From the NCBI GenBank assembly GCA_035221665.1, contig CM069156.1, positions 30,070,001-30,134,000 of the forward strand: a DNA stretch of 64,000 nt, written 5' to 3'. The notes beneath the pieces are model-generated. The model had not been told where the DNA came from. It saw only the letters and a list, made by a program, of their open reading frames with translations, and did not search any database. Source of the DNA: Okamejei kenojei. Lineage: Eukaryota. A program made the position numbers and the translations under genes. Shown piece by piece: positions 11,905-24,684 of the stretch; the first letter of the stretch is position 1, and the number at the start of each line of letters is the position of its first letter.

Positions 11905-12716
11905 GAAACACATTCACTCACACATGCACATAGATACACAGATACCTCACACACACATACATGCACAGAAACCTCACACACACATAAACCTCAAACGCAC
12001 TCTTGAACATTGACAGAAACTTCACTCACCTACAGAAACAGTCACTTCACGCATGCACACGCGCGCACACACAGACCCCTCAATCAATCTCTCATACAGA
12101 CAGAAACCTCAACACTCTCACACACACACCCACACACACCCACACCCACACACACACACACACACACACAGAACCTCATCCACACATAAACCTCAAATGC
12201 GTTCTCGTACATTGACAGACACGTCACTCACATACAGACAGAAACCTCACACACAGACACCTCAAACACACTCTCTCACACACATAGACGGGAACCTCAC
12301 TCACTCACACAAACACAGACTGAAACCTCACACATGCGCAGGCATGCATGCGCACACACCTCAAACACACTCTCTCATACACATAGACAGGAACCATACT
12401 CACACGCACACACAAACCTCAATACATTCTCCCACTCACACACAGACACTTGACATGCACACACACATACAGGCACACACACGGAAACCTCAACACACTC
12501 TCTCACTTCATGGAAACCTCATTTGCACACACACAGAAACCTTATTCACACAAATACCTCACTCACACACTCACACACAGAAACCTCACTCACACACACT
12601 CACGCACAATCACACACAGAAACCTCACACTCACACAGAAACCTCACTCCCATACAGAATCCTCATTCACACACTCTCACACACAGAAACCTCACACACA
12701 TGCACGGACAGACACA
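11905..12716. repeat. CA-rich low-complexity tract with recurring CAGAAACCTCA(CA)n units
   Basis: Direct reading; generates spurious H/T-rich ORFs in three frames. Confidence 0.9.
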
Positions 12717-13319
12717 TCTGCTTATTGCTTCAATATCCTGTAGCAGCGCCGACCCCCACTGATCCACCCACCACCTTACCCAGTGGGGTAGAAGCGAGAT
12801 GCAATCAACTGACGTGCAGATTCTGTTTGATGTTTATACCTTCTTTGCCTTGTTCTGCTTTGCAGAAGTCACTCTCCCTAATGAGACATGGTTTGAAGTG
12901 TAATCGGCGACGGGGGTTGCTGTCTTTCGCTTCAGTGTCATTAGTCAGAATATAAACACCGACTGCAAACAATTCCTGACAATATCAAGTGTCCCTTTTT
13001 TCCCTCTTTTGGTCTGAAAATCAAACTTCCTCTGAAGCCGTTTTGTGCTCCCACTTCAGAGAGAGTAGCACAGTGTTAGGATCGCCAGTGTCCAGAAGTA
13101 TACAGGGATCCCTTGGAATGCAACTTTAATCTAATAGACACTGCCAGGAACAAACCAGAATAAACATCATTCATAGAAATAGTGTTTCTTACCTCCTCTT
13201 CTTTGAATATTTTTGTTAATTAATCATAATATTGTAACAGAAACAAGGTGGCCTGCCCAACGTAGCCCACTGGTGTATTTAAGCCACAATGCTGGAGAGT
13301 ACGCTGACGTCTCTCAGAA

Positions 13320-14005
13320 TCATAGTCAGAAGGCCTAACTCGTCCATGCGGACAAAGATGCCCCATCTAAGCTAGTCAGATTTGCTTGTGTTTGGCCCAC
13401 ATACCACTAAATCTTTTTGAACCTGTACTTGTCCAAATGTCCTTTAAACATTGCAATTGTATAGGCCTCAACTATCTCCTCTGGCAGCTCATTCCATACA
13501 CCATTACCCTTTGTGTGAAAAGGATGCCTCAGGTTCCTATTAAATCTTCCCGCTCTCACCTTAAACCTATGCCCTATGGTATTTAATTCCTCTACCGTGG
13601 TAAAAAGGTCTCTGTGCCTTCACCCTCTCTACTTCCCTTTGGATTTTATACGCCTCTATAAGGTCACCCCTCAGCCTTCTGCTCTCCTTGGAACAAAGTC
13701 CTAGCCTGTTCAACCACTCCCTATAGCTCAGACCCTTGAGTCCTGGCAACATCCTCGTTAATCTTCTCTGCACTTTTTCCAGCATAATGGCATCTTTCCT
13801 ACACCAGAGTGACCAAAACCCAGTTTTCTCTTTGTACCCCTTCTTAAATAGAGGCACATTAGGCAGCCTCCAATCTTTCGTCACTTCATCCGTGTCTAAT
13901 GATGATTCATAGATCTCAGCAAGGACTCCAGCAATTTCCACTCTATCTTTCCACAGTGTCCTTGGATATATCTGATCAAGCCCGGGAGATTTATCATCTT
14001 CAGGC
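13320..14005 (-). mobile_element. CR1 LINE copy lacking its RT core
   Basis: ORF 13567..14007 joins the pre-RT motif KSPGLDQIYPR..DWR..NVPLFKKG directly to the post-RT FWS..RKD..LEKVQRRLTRMLPG. Confidence 0.8.
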
Positions 14006-14599
14006 ATCTCTCGGCAGTGAGTATGGAGTCAAGGGAAGATTTGACCATGCAGGCAGATAAAAGGATCCAAAAAATGAGTTCCACATATATGTGAAGTAAT
14101 GCCAAGGGTCTCATGGCCCATGATGGCACGAAGCAGAGTAGAAGCATTCAGGCAGGTCCTGAGAAAGAAGGTCAAGCCTCAGGAACACCGGTTACAAGTG
14201 GCAGAGGAGCAGACTAGCTTGCAAACTACTCACTGCCCATTCCGGCAGCCATTTTCTGACATTTTCTGGCCATAGAGTACATAGACAGCCAGAATCTTTG
14301 TCCAAGAGCAGGGGCTCCGGGCTATGAACAACTGATTATGGGCACCCATTACATATGAAACAACACTCTATAATAATATTATATACAAATGTTCAATGTA
14401 CGTATATATGTTCATTTCTATGAGCAGAACCAGTTTCTTCTCTCTATCCCCACTCTGGTAATTGTTCTTTCTTATGAATTATGGACTTTTGATGCCATTC
14501 ATTACAATACTGTGGAGGTGTAGTAATTGATTTAAGTGACTTCTGTGTTTATTTTCCAATTTACGGACAAACTTGAGTTATGGGCATGTTCTTTACTAG

Positions 14600-15385
14600 C
14601 ATGCTGCCTGGATTAGAGGATATTGACTATAAGGAGAGGTTGGACAAACTTGGATTGTTTTCTCCAGGACGCTGGAGGTTGCGGGAAGACCTGATAGAGG
14701 TAAATAAAATTATGAGAGGCATCTAAAGTTATGTGAGGCATAGATAGGGTAGACAGTCAGAGCCTTTTTTCTCAGGGTGGAAATGTCAAAGATTAGAGGG
14801 TAAAGCTTTAAGATGAGGGGTGCAAAGTTTAAAGATGTGCGGGAAATGTTTTTTACATGGAGGATGGTGGAACATGCTGCCAGGGGTGGTGGTGGAGGCA
14901 GATATGATAATGGCATTTCAGAGGCTTTTAGATAGGCACATGGATATGCAGGGAATTGAAGGAAATGGATAACGTGCTGGCAGAGGAAAACTGGTTTATC
15001 TTGGTTAAGTGATCTGCACAGACATTGTGGGCTGAAGGGCCTGTCCTGTGCTATGTTTTGATGAGTTAGATATAACTATTAGGACTAAAAGGAATCAAGG
15101 AATATGGGGAGAAAGCAGGAACTGGGTACTGATTTTAGATGATCAGCCATGATCATATTGAATGGAGGTGCTGGGTCGAAGGGCCGAATGACCTACTCCT
15201 GCGCCTATTTTGTATGCTTCTATGTTTCTATGTTAGATAGGGCTCTTAAAGATAGCGGAGTCAGGGGATATGGCGAGAAGGCAGGAATGGGGTCCTGATT
15301 GTGGATGATCAGCAATGATCACATTGAATGGCGGTGCTGGCTCGAAGGGCCGAATGGCCTACTCCTGTAACTATTGTCTATTGTT
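14600..15385 (+). mobile_element. Three stacked CR1-type LINE 3' ends
   Basis: HER1-type end at ~15058, then a TTTCTATG-tailed end (~15060-15232), then a CTATTGT-tailed end (~15233-15385). Confidence 0.8.
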
Positions 15386-15544
15386 TTAAAAACAGAACCC
15401 ATTTGTTACTCAAGGACGGGCTATACTTTACTATTTACCCTTTGAGCATCAGAGAGATGATGTGAAGGGCGCTCTAGAAGTGAAGAATTTTATATTTCAC
15501 ATTAGCCATTCAAACTAGAATCAGCATTGGGGCTACAACCTTCT

Positions 15545-15730
15545 TGTGTAGGAAGGCACTGGAGATGCTGGTTCACACCGAAGATAGACACAAAATTCTG
15601 GAGTAACTCAGCGGGGCAGGCAGCATCTCTGGAGAGATGGAATGGGTGATGTTTCGGGTCGAGACCGTCCTTCAGACCCTCCAAAGATGCTATCCGTCCG
15701 GCTGAGTTACTCCAGCATTTTGTGTCTCTC
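15545..15730. mobile_element. PLE pLTR insertion with short inverted arm
   Basis: GTAGGAAGG..AGATGCTGG tail, antisense core GATGTTTCGGGTCGAGACC.TC.TTCAG, reverse arm GCTGAGTTACTCCAGCATTTTGTGTCT. Confidence 0.7.
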
Positions 15731-16219
15731 TACGACCTTCTTGCTGGGCTTGGTGGCTCCACCCAGTGGGAAGTCAATGTAAGACCTCTCTGCGGGCTGT
15801 GGTCTGCAGAATCCAGAGACCATCAGCAGGCTGGGCTATGGAATAAATCTGACCAACACATCAGCAACTGGCTACTTACTGTTAATCACAAACCCTACTG
15901 TATTCCCAGAACACATGCAACTGCGGTGTGCTTTCATCACTGAGAAAGCAACCACAAAATTCTCATCGAAAAACAAAAAGCGTCGGAGGAACTTAGTGGG
16001 TCACGCATCATTTGTGGTGGGAATGGACAGACGATATTTCATCAGTCTGAAGAAAGGTCCATACCCAGAACGTCGCCTGTCCATTTTCCTGCACATTTGC
16101 CGCCTGAGCTGCTGAGTTCCTCCAGCATTTTGTATTTCAGTATCTGCCGTTTCTTGTGTGCCTCCATAAAATTCATATCCTTGCTTGCCTTTCCTATCTG
16201 GGAACCCCTCCTGTAGCTA

Positions 16220-16510
16220 GTTAGTTGAGTTTAGTTTATTGCCATGTGTACGTGGTACAGTGAAACGTTTTTGTTGCGTGGTAACCAGTCAGCAGAAAGA
16301 CAATGCATGATTACAATCAAGCCATTCACAGTGTACAGATACACGATGAAGGAAACAACATTTAATGCAAGATAAAGTCCAGTAAATCTGATTAAAGATA
16401 GTCCGAGGATCTCCAATGAGGTAGATAAATAGGTTAGGACAGCTCTCCAGTTGTTGATAGGCTGGTTCAGGTGCCTGATGATAGAGAGCTGGGAAGAAAT
16501 TGTCTGTGAA
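16220..16510 (-). mobile_element. Rex/Babar LINE 3' end
   Basis: Reverse complement of the 3762-4250 family. Confidence 0.75.
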
Positions 16511-16557
16511 TCAGTACCACAGCTACTGGAATCTCTGTGGCGCTCTGATTCTTTCTT

Positions 16558-16925
16558 CATAGAAACATAGAAAATAGGTGCATTCGGCCCTTCGAGCCAG
16601 CACCGCCATTCATTGTGATCATGGCTGATCGTCCCCTATCAATAACCCGTGCCTGCCTTCTCCCCATATCCCTTAACTCCACTAGCCTCTAGAGCTCTAT
16701 CTAACTCTCTCTTAAATCCATCCAGTGACTTGGCCTCCACTGCCCTCTGTGGTAGGGAATTCCACAAATTCACAACTCTCTGGGTGAAAACGTTTTTTCT
16801 CACCTCAGTCTTAAATTACCTCCCCTTTATTCTAAGACTGTGGCCCCTGGTTCTGGACTCGCCCCACATTGGGAACATTTTTCCTGCATCTAGCTTGTCC
16901 AGTCCTTTTATAATTTTATATGTAT
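16558..16925 (-). mobile_element. CR1 LINE 3' fragment
   Basis: YKIIKGLDKLDAGKMFP..GESRTRGHSLRIKGR; (TTTCTATG)n tail. Confidence 0.88.
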
Positions 16926-17417
16926 ACTCTTCCTCTTGCCTTCCTGCCTCCTGATGCCGAATTCTCGCCATTCTGCAATTTTCTCCCCGAACCACTTTGT
17001 TCCTCTCTCTTTCTCCAAGATGCTTCTGAAAACCTACACCTGTGATCAAGCTACCTGTCCTAATACCTTGTAGTGTGTCTTAATATCAAATGTTGAATCT
17101 GCTTTGGGAGACTGCAGTGTTACGCCGCTATATATGCAAGTTGCCATTGTTGATAACTGAATGGTGGCAAATATTAATTAAATACATTTATCTGCATTGT
17201 GTGTATGGTGAAGACTTATCTAAAATTAGTAACGTTGTTGCCATGGCAACAGCCAGCAGTGATTTCCATTGGACAATACTGCCATAGGGAGCAGAGAGCA
17301 AAAAATAGATGGGTGCGTTCCATTTAATTATTCACACATATCTTTCCCAGAACACCACCACCACCACTTTCCAGTTATACTGTTTCTATCCACCTGAATA
17401 AGCACAGGATCCCACAC

Positions 17418-17715
17418 GATGGCGCAGCTCCTGCCTCACAGCGCCGGGGACCCAGGTTCGATCCTGACTTCGGGTGCTCTCTGTGTGGAGTTTGCACGTT
17501 CTCCCAGTGACCACAAGTGGTTTCCTCCGGGTGCTCTGGTTTCCTCTCACATCCGAATGTCTTGTGGGTTTGTAGGTTAAGTAGCCGGTGTACATTGCTC
17601 CCACTGTGTAAGGGGTGGGTGTGAAAGTGGGTTAGCATGGAACTAGTGAGAGCGGGCGATCGAGGGCCGGACTGGACTCGGTGGGCTGAAGGACCTGTTT
17701 CCATGCTGTACCTTT
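17418..17715 (+). mobile_element. HE1-type V-SINE
   Basis: GGTTCGATCC B-box, V-domain, tail. Confidence 0.82.
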
Positions 17716-18139
17716 CAAGTTATCATTCAGGAATAAAGCACTTCTGACAGAACAGCAGCCACTTCTGTGCTGTAATCTACAAAATAGTCTGGATTAACCA
17801 GGCAAACACAAAGTGAACATTTTACTTTCGTCAAGATTGTTCCCCACTGCGACAGAGTGACATGAAGAATCTATCAGCGTCTCGGTGAGATGGGTAAAGA
17901 TGGGGGATCTAACACATCAAAGTCACCACTCTCATCGTCCCACAGCCTTAGTACAGGCCTCCTTGATCACCACTGCAAAGGGACTATTCTCAGGCCAGGA
18001 GCAACAGAAAACACTACGCGGAACTGAATGTTGCTTGTATACATTCCCAATGCCGAATGCTGTATTTCTTCCCACCCGCACGATTCCGGTGAAGAATGGC
18101 GCTGCCTGGGCAAATCTTTGCAGTGACTCCTGACACATC

Positions 18140-18735
18140 TGGGATGTAAAGTTGAGGCTCTATAAGGCGCTGGTAAGACCGCATTTGAAATATTGTGAGC
18201 AATTTTGGGAACCATATCTGAGGAAGGATGTGCTGGCTCTGAAATCTGGGTCCAGGGGAGGTTAACAAGAATGATCCCAGGAATGTGTAGATTAACCTAC
18301 GTGGAGCGTCTGTAGGCACTGGGCCTGTACTTGCTGGAGTTTAGAAGAATGAGGGGGGGACCTCAGTAAAACATACAGAATAGTGAAAGGCTTGGATAGA
18401 GTGGATGTGGAGAGGATGTTTCCACTAGTGGGAGAGTCTATGACTAGAGGCCATAACCTCAGAAATAAAGGACGTTATTTCAGGAAGGAGATGAGGAGAC
18501 ATTTCTCTAGTCAGAGTGCGATGAATCTGTGGAATTCTTTGCCACAGAAAGCTTTGGAAGCCAAGTCAATGGATATTTTTAAGGCAGAGAAAGATAAATT
18601 ATTGATTAGTACACGTGTCTGAAGGCAGGAAGATGGGGTTAGGATGGAGAGATAGATCAGCCATGATTGAATGGGGGAGTAGACTTAATGGGCCGAATAG
18701 CCTAATTCTACTCCTATCACCTATGACCTTATGAC
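18140..18735 (+). mobile_element. CR1 LINE 3' fragment
   Basis: ORF 18383..18622 KGLDRVDVERMFPLVGES.TRGHNLR..NLWNSLPQ; (CTTATGA) tail. Confidence 0.88.
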
Positions 18736-20026
18736 AACTCTCACTGCTCAAGAAAAATGACTGCGGCTGTTGCAAGGCATTGTGGGGGTGACCAGGCTGT
18801 TGGGGGCACTGGTGGGTGGTTTCAGTAACTAATTGGTCATTTGAATACATACTTAAATGATAAAGAAGGTATTCTACGGGTAACATTAACATTGCACATT
18901 ATCGCGTAAGATGTGGGAAGCCTAGTTAAGTGCTCAAAATCTCCAGCTATATTTCTGCTTCATGGAATGAGTTAATTAATCCACTTAGTTCAGGGAAGAT
19001 GGAACTTAATCCGCCTGCCATTCCCCGCAGCATCCTAATATTTCTCATTGATACAGTTCCCTAACTCCTCAGTCACAATCCCAAGCACTTCACCTCGTCT
19101 TCTGTAGATCCTACCTTACATCTCTTTTGGACCTCCTCTCCCTGCTCCCCATATCTCTGTCCGTTAAATGCTGATGTAAAATGCTCCTAACTTCCCTCAA
19201 GTTCCTGATACTCCTGATTCCTGATACAGTTCCCTCAGCCTCATTTCCTGACTTTTTAGTTGTCGCGATACAGCATCGAAGCCCTTTGGGCCCACCGAGT
19301 CCACTCCGACCACACCCATTCACACGATCCCCATATTATCCCACTTTCATACCTACTCTCTGGGCAATTCATTGCACACTCTGGGCAATTTTACAGAGTC
19401 TAGTTAACCGACAAACCCGCACATCTTTGAGATGTGGGAAGAAATCAGAGCACCTGAAGGCAACCCATGTGCAAACTCCACTCACACACAATGATGAGAT
19501 ATCAATAAGAACACAAATAGCTTGTTTGGAATCCTCCCCCAATCCAAACCCCACTGCAACAACTCTTTATATCTTAGAAAGATACTGCAAGGAAGCAGGC
19601 CCTTCCGCCCACCAAGTCCACAGCCACTGTCAATGACCCATATACACTCATCAATGCAACGCGTGCACAAATGTCACAACAAATAACGTATATACTGTAT
19701 TCCTATTCTGTAATCAAATTAAGATTCTTGACGTGATTACATTTAGAAGAAAATAATGCATTTTACCTTGACTAGCCCTCTCAGAGGTGCTGGTTTTAAG
19801 ACGCAATCAAGAGAACTGAATATATAACCCAGACAGGATTGTGGGAAATGTCACAGATCGAACGAGATATTAAAACTCGGCTCTGCTCTCCCTCCCAGAT
19901 TAAATAAAACATTCCATCACCCGATATGAAGGTTCAGTACGGCAGATCTGGCTGGCATTCTTCCCTCAATAAATACCACTAAAAATAGAGAGGCAAGAAA
20001 CTGTAGATGTTTGATCTTGAGGTTAA

Positions 20027-20772
20027 AGGACAAGGGACAAAGGACAAAGGACATTTATTGTCACATACACCAATTGGTGTAGTGAAATTTGTCTTGCCAT
20101 GCAGCACATAGATAAAGGGAAGACATAACATTAAATAATTTAACATAAAACATAAAAAACATCCCCCCACAATGGTTCCCATTATGAGGGAAGGCACAAA
20201 GTCCAGGCCCCATCCCCAAGTTCACCCATAGTCGGGCCTATTGAGGCCTCCACAGTCGCCGCTGTGGGGGCCGATGTTACAGGCCCTTCATCGCCGGGTG
20301 TTGGGGCTCCGGCGTTGGGAGAACCCTCTCAGCGGCTTGGGGTGCCTGTAACGGCTGCTTCCTTGCTGGAGACCGCGGCTTCCGACGCCAACAGGCCGTG
20401 CTGAACGGAGCTCCTCAACTGGCGATCTCACCGAGAGATCCCAGGCTTCTGATGTTAAAGTTCAGTGCCGCCGCCCGCGGTGTTCTCCTGCGGTCTTCAG
20501 CTCACCGGAGCTCCAGCGCGGCGACCCAGGCAAGGCATCGTCCCTCCGCTCCGGGATGGCGCTCCAGCGCTGCGCTGCTGCCGAAGCCGTGGTTCTGGGC
20601 GGTCCCCCCAGGATACGCCGCTCCGGGCCTGCTGGTAGGCCGCGAGGACGGGTTGACAGAGAAAGCTGCCTCTCCGACCAGGTAGGGACCCTAGAAAGTA
20701 GTTTCCCCCTTCCCCTCCCCCACCCCCACATAAAAAAGGCTAGGACTCCGATAAACAGAAAAACTCAACTAA
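20027..20772 (-). mobile_element. GC-rich non-coding retroelement with AATAAA and (TGTCCTT)n 3' tail
   Basis: Minus-strand end GTGTGACAATAAATGTCCTTTGTCCTTTG resembles Rex/Babar tails; CpG-rich body; splits a PLE fragment; related in layout to 60076-60818. Confidence 0.6.
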
Positions 20773-21267
20773 AGGTAAGGTAAGAATGTGTTTGAGGATC
20801 TCAGCAGGTTAGGCCTATCTGTGGAGGATAGACAGATAGATAGAATATAGACAGGATCTGAAGAAGAGTTCCGACTCAAAATGTCACCAAAGATGCTGCC
20901 TGACCCTCTGAGTTACTCCAGCATATTGTGTCTATATTCGGTGTAGACCAGTGTCTGCAGTTCCTTTCTACACAGTATCTGTAGAGGAAGTGGACAGATG
21001 ATGCTTCAGGTCGCGACGTTTCTTCAGCGAGTTCTACAAAATTAGATAATGATTTTACTGGTGTTTTTAAGACCTTGCTGCACCTTCGTTCTTTCCCAAG
21101 CAGTAACTCTAATGCAGAAATACTCCATTAACTCTGTGAACCTAGATTCCTCTCTCAACGGCTAAATTCTCCTAGTACCGGAGATCTAAATAGAAAATAA
21201 AAAGTGGTGGAAATGCTCAGCTGGTAACGATGCATCTGTGGAGAGAGAAATAGGAAAGCATTCTCTG

Positions 21268-21454
21268 GATGCTCTGGTTTCCTCCCACATCCCAAAGACG
21301 TGCACGTTTGTAGGTTAATTGGCCTCTGTAAATTGTCCTGAGTGCGTAGGCAGTGGATGAGAAAATGGGATAACATGGAACTGGTGTGAACGTATGATCG
21401 ATGGTCAGCGTGGACTTAGAAGGCCGAAGGGCCTGTTTCCATGCTGTATCTTTA
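21268..21454 (+). mobile_element. HE1-type SINE 3' half
   Basis: V-domain end and tail GGCCGAAGGGCCTGTTTCCATGCTGTATC. Confidence 0.8.
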
Positions 21455-21833
21455 AACCCCTGTCCCACAGTAAGTTCATTCCAAGAGCTCTCCCGAGTTT
21501 GCCCTGATTCGAACTCGGAGATTTACGGTAATGGCCACTCGTCGGTACTCGGGGCTCTCGTGGACATTTTTCATCATGTTGAAAAATCTTCACGAGTCTT
21601 CCCGCACTTACCTGCCGTTAGCGAGTCTTCACGAGTACCTGCCATTAGCAGCAGCAGCGTTACGCAAAAAAAAGCCTTGCTACAGAGATGTCCCCGAGCT
21701 CCGACGTACCCGCTACGTTCATTCTCCGTGCTTACCACGAGTTTGATGTTTTTTTTAACTCTGGACTGGAGAGCTCTTGGTTCAAATTAACTCGTACCAG
21801 GGAAGGGTGTCTTTACCTGGACAGCTGGGGCTT
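21455..21833. mobile_element. Second Harbinger-like non-autonomous DNA transposon family
   Basis: Starts TTA|AACCCCTGTCCCAC; CCAAGAGCTCTCC mirrored by GGAGAGCTCTTGG near the right end; garbled right TIR; sits in a SINE tail; relative at 33580. Confidence 0.65.
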
Positions 21834-22444
21834 TTAAACTAAAGTGTGGTGAATTTAGGATTATGCCGGAGTTAGCAGGGGGCTCCTTTACCTGCAACGC
21901 TGCCACAAATTAGATGATGCTGCCCAGAGCTAGTGAAAGTGGGATAAAATAGAACTAGTGTGATAATTCTTGATTAGTAGGGGGTTATCGGTGAGCCATG
22001 ATTGAATGGTGGTAACTTGATGGGCGAATGGCCTTAATTCTGAACTTGTGACGTATGGGACATGCAACATCTCATGTTTCGGCTCGAGACTTCACTGACA
22101 GCTGTCTAGTGATATGGAGGGGGGTGAAAACGGCAGATCAAAGCAGACTATCAATCAATCAGTAAAATTAGTCAGAAGAATAGTAAAACTGGTCAGAAAC
22201 TAGAGCAGGATGTCATTTGTAGTTCCTTTCTACACACCTTGAGCCTTTGCCCAAAAGCGTCAATGTCGGTCCTAAGAGATAGGAGCAGAATTAGGCCATT
22301 CGGCCCATCAAGACTTCTCCGCCATTCAATCATCGCTGATCTATCTCTCCCTCCTAACCCTACTCTCCTGCCTTGTCCCCAGAACCCCTGACACCCTACA
22401 GTATTCCGATAGTCCGGAATGGGGCCGGCAGCACTCACTCACTC

Positions 22445-22612
22445 ACTCACAGACGCTGTCCTTACACCGACACATCGACAGACCAGAGTGTGTCTTTCAC
22501 CGAGTCGACGATCTTCCAGAAGCAGATGTTTGTGTCGTACTGTGCCCCCGGGAAGGGCCTGTAGATCAGAGGATTCTCTGTTGCTCAGGGCAAAGCTCGA
22601 TGAGGAACACCG
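22445..22612 (-). pseudogene. Tx1-clade LINE ORF2, extreme C-terminal fragment
   Basis: Minus-strand translation LIYRPFPGAQYDTNICFWKIVDSVKDTLWS matches the recalled Tx1 motif LYGLFPG..TN..W.IINSVKDALWS. Confidence 0.7.
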
Positions 22613-22613
22613 A

Positions 22614-24350
22614 GCATAGAACATAGAGCAGTACAGCACAGGAACAGGCCCTTCAGCCCACAATGTCCGTGCCAAACATGATGCCAAGTTAAACTTATCT
22701 CATCTGCCTGTACATGATCCATTCCCTACATATCCAAGTGCCTATCTAAAATGCCTCTTCAACACTACTGTCATATCTGCTGCCACCACCATCCCCGGCA
22801 TCGTGTTCCACGTACCCATCACTCTCTGTATAAAATCATGTCCCCCCCCCCCTTACATCTCCTTCAAACCTTGCCCCTCTCATCTTGAAGCTATGCCCTC
22901 TACTCTTTAATATTTCCATGCTGGGTAAAAGATTTCTAACTGTCTTTATATATTCAAAAATTCTGAGTATATAAAAGCTCATTATTGTATATACTTCTAT
23001 TAGGTCTCTCCTCAACCTCCAATATTCTACAGAAAACAATCCAGGCTTGTCCAATCTCTCTTAGAAACATAGAAAATAGGTGCAGGAGTAGGCCATTCGG
23101 CCCTTTGAGCCTGCACCTCCATTCAATATGATCATGGCTGATCATCCAACTCAGTATGCTGTACCTGCCTTCTCTCCATACCCCCTGATCCCTTTGGCCA
23201 CAAGGGCCACATCTAACTCCCTCTTAAATATAGCCAATGAACTGGCCTCAGCTACCTTCTGTGGCAGATAATTCCAGAGACTCACCACTCTCTGTGTGAA
23301 AAATGTTTGCCCCTTATCCTTAGACTGTGACCCCTTGTTCTGGATTTCCCCAACATCGGGAACAATCTTCCTGCATCTAGCCTATCCAACCCCTTAAGAA
23401 TTTTGTAAGTTTCTATAAGATCCCCCCTCAGTCTTCTAAATTCTAGCGAGTACAAGCCAAGTCTATACAGTCTTTCCTCATATGAAAGTCCTGACATCCC
23501 AGGAATCAGTCTGGTGAACCTTCTCTGTACCCTTCTATGGCAAGAATGTCTTTTCTCAGATTTGGAGACCAAAACTGTACGCAATACTCCTGGTGTGGTC
23601 TCACCAAAACCCTGTACAACTGCAGTAGAACCTCCCTGCTCCTATACTCAAATCCTTTCGCTATGAATGCTAACATACCATTTGCTTTCTTCACTGCCTG
23701 CTGCACCTGCATGCCTACTTTCAATGATTGGTATACCATGACACCCAGGTCTCGTTGCATCTCCCCTTTTCCTAATTTGCCACCATTAAGGTAATAGTCT
23801 ACACTCCTGTTTTTGCCACCAAAGTGGATAACCTCACATTTATCCACAATATACTGCATCTGCCATGCATTTGCCCACTCACCCAACCTATCCAAGTCAC
23901 CTTGCAGCCTCCTAGCATCCTCCTCACACCTAACACTACCCCCCAGCTTAGTGTCATTCGCAAACTTGGAGATGTTGCATTCAATTCCCTCGTCCAAATC
24001 ATTAAAATATATTGTAAATAGCTGGAGTCCCAGCACTGAGCCTTGCGGTACCCTACTAGTCACTGCCTGCCATTCTGAAAAGGACCCGTTTACTCCTACC
24101 ATTTGCTTCCTGTCTGCCAGCCAGTTCTCTATCCACATCAATACTGAACCCCCAATACCGTGTGCTTTAAGTTTGTATCTTTGTAGCTAATGTCCTCTAA
24201 TCCAGGCAGCATTTTGTTAAACTTCTCCTGCACCCTCTCCAAAGCCTCTACATTCCTCCTGTATTCAGGAGATGAGAACTGCACACAATACTCCAAATGC
24301 GGCCAAACCGTAGAGCTGCATCCTGACTTCCTGACTCTTACACTCAACGA
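22614..24350 (-). mobile_element. CR1/HER1-type LINE 3' part, split by a younger CR1
   Basis: Segments 22614-23060 and ~24180-24350 are collinear with the family consensus (..GTCCAA.CTCTC|.TGTAGCTAAT.TCCTCTAATCC..); ORF 24138..24347 PHLEYCVQF..LERVQ. Confidence 0.8.
23061..24175 (-). pseudogene. CR1 LINE ORF2 RT fragment (frameshifted) with 3' tail
   Basis: WIENWLADRKQ..VPQGSVLG..FTIY.NDL..SKFANDTKL (FADD altered)..KCEVIHFG..RDLGV..EYCVQFWSP. Confidence 0.93.
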
Positions 24351-24357
24351 CCTGGTG

Positions 24358-24678
24358 GGGTGGCACGCTGGTGCAGAGGTAGAGGTTTTGCCTTACAGCA
24401 CCAGAGACCCGGGGTTGATCCTGACTACAGGTGCTTGTCTGTATGGAGCTTGTATGTTCTCCCTGTGACCTGCGTGGGTTTTCTCCGGGATCTCTGGTTT
24501 CCTCCCACGCTCCAAAGGCGTACAGGTTTGTAGATTGATTGGCTTGGTATAATTGTAAATTGTCCCTAGTATGTGTAGGATAGTGTTAGTGTGTGGGGAT
24601 CACTTGTTGGTGCAGGCTCTGTGGGCTCAAGAGCCTGTTTCCAAGCTGTATCTCTCAACGAAACTAAACTAAACTAAA
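24358..24678 (+). mobile_element. HE1-type V-SINE
   Basis: Full head, V-domain, (AACTA)n tail. Confidence 0.88.
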
Positions 24679-24684
24679 GACCCA

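Noticed and set aside
12053-12955. 300-aa His/Thr-rich ORF
   Set aside because: Translation of a CA-rich low-complexity tract; open in several frames; no domain motif.
12840-12955. Strong splice acceptor TTCTTTGCCTTGTTCTGCTTTGCAG followed by a possible exon
   Set aside because: No recognisable protein, early stops in the frames checked and no clear donor; a non-coding exon cannot be excluded without RNA data.
20280-20700. CpG-island promoter of a host gene (also 60290-60620)
   Set aside because: Lies within elements that have retroposon tails and interrupt or resemble other repeats.
22445-22562. Apparent host exon (minus-strand CTACAG acceptor and GTGAGT donor)
   Set aside because: Better explained as the Tx1 ORF2 C-terminus; the donor-like motif comes from the (GAGT)n run.
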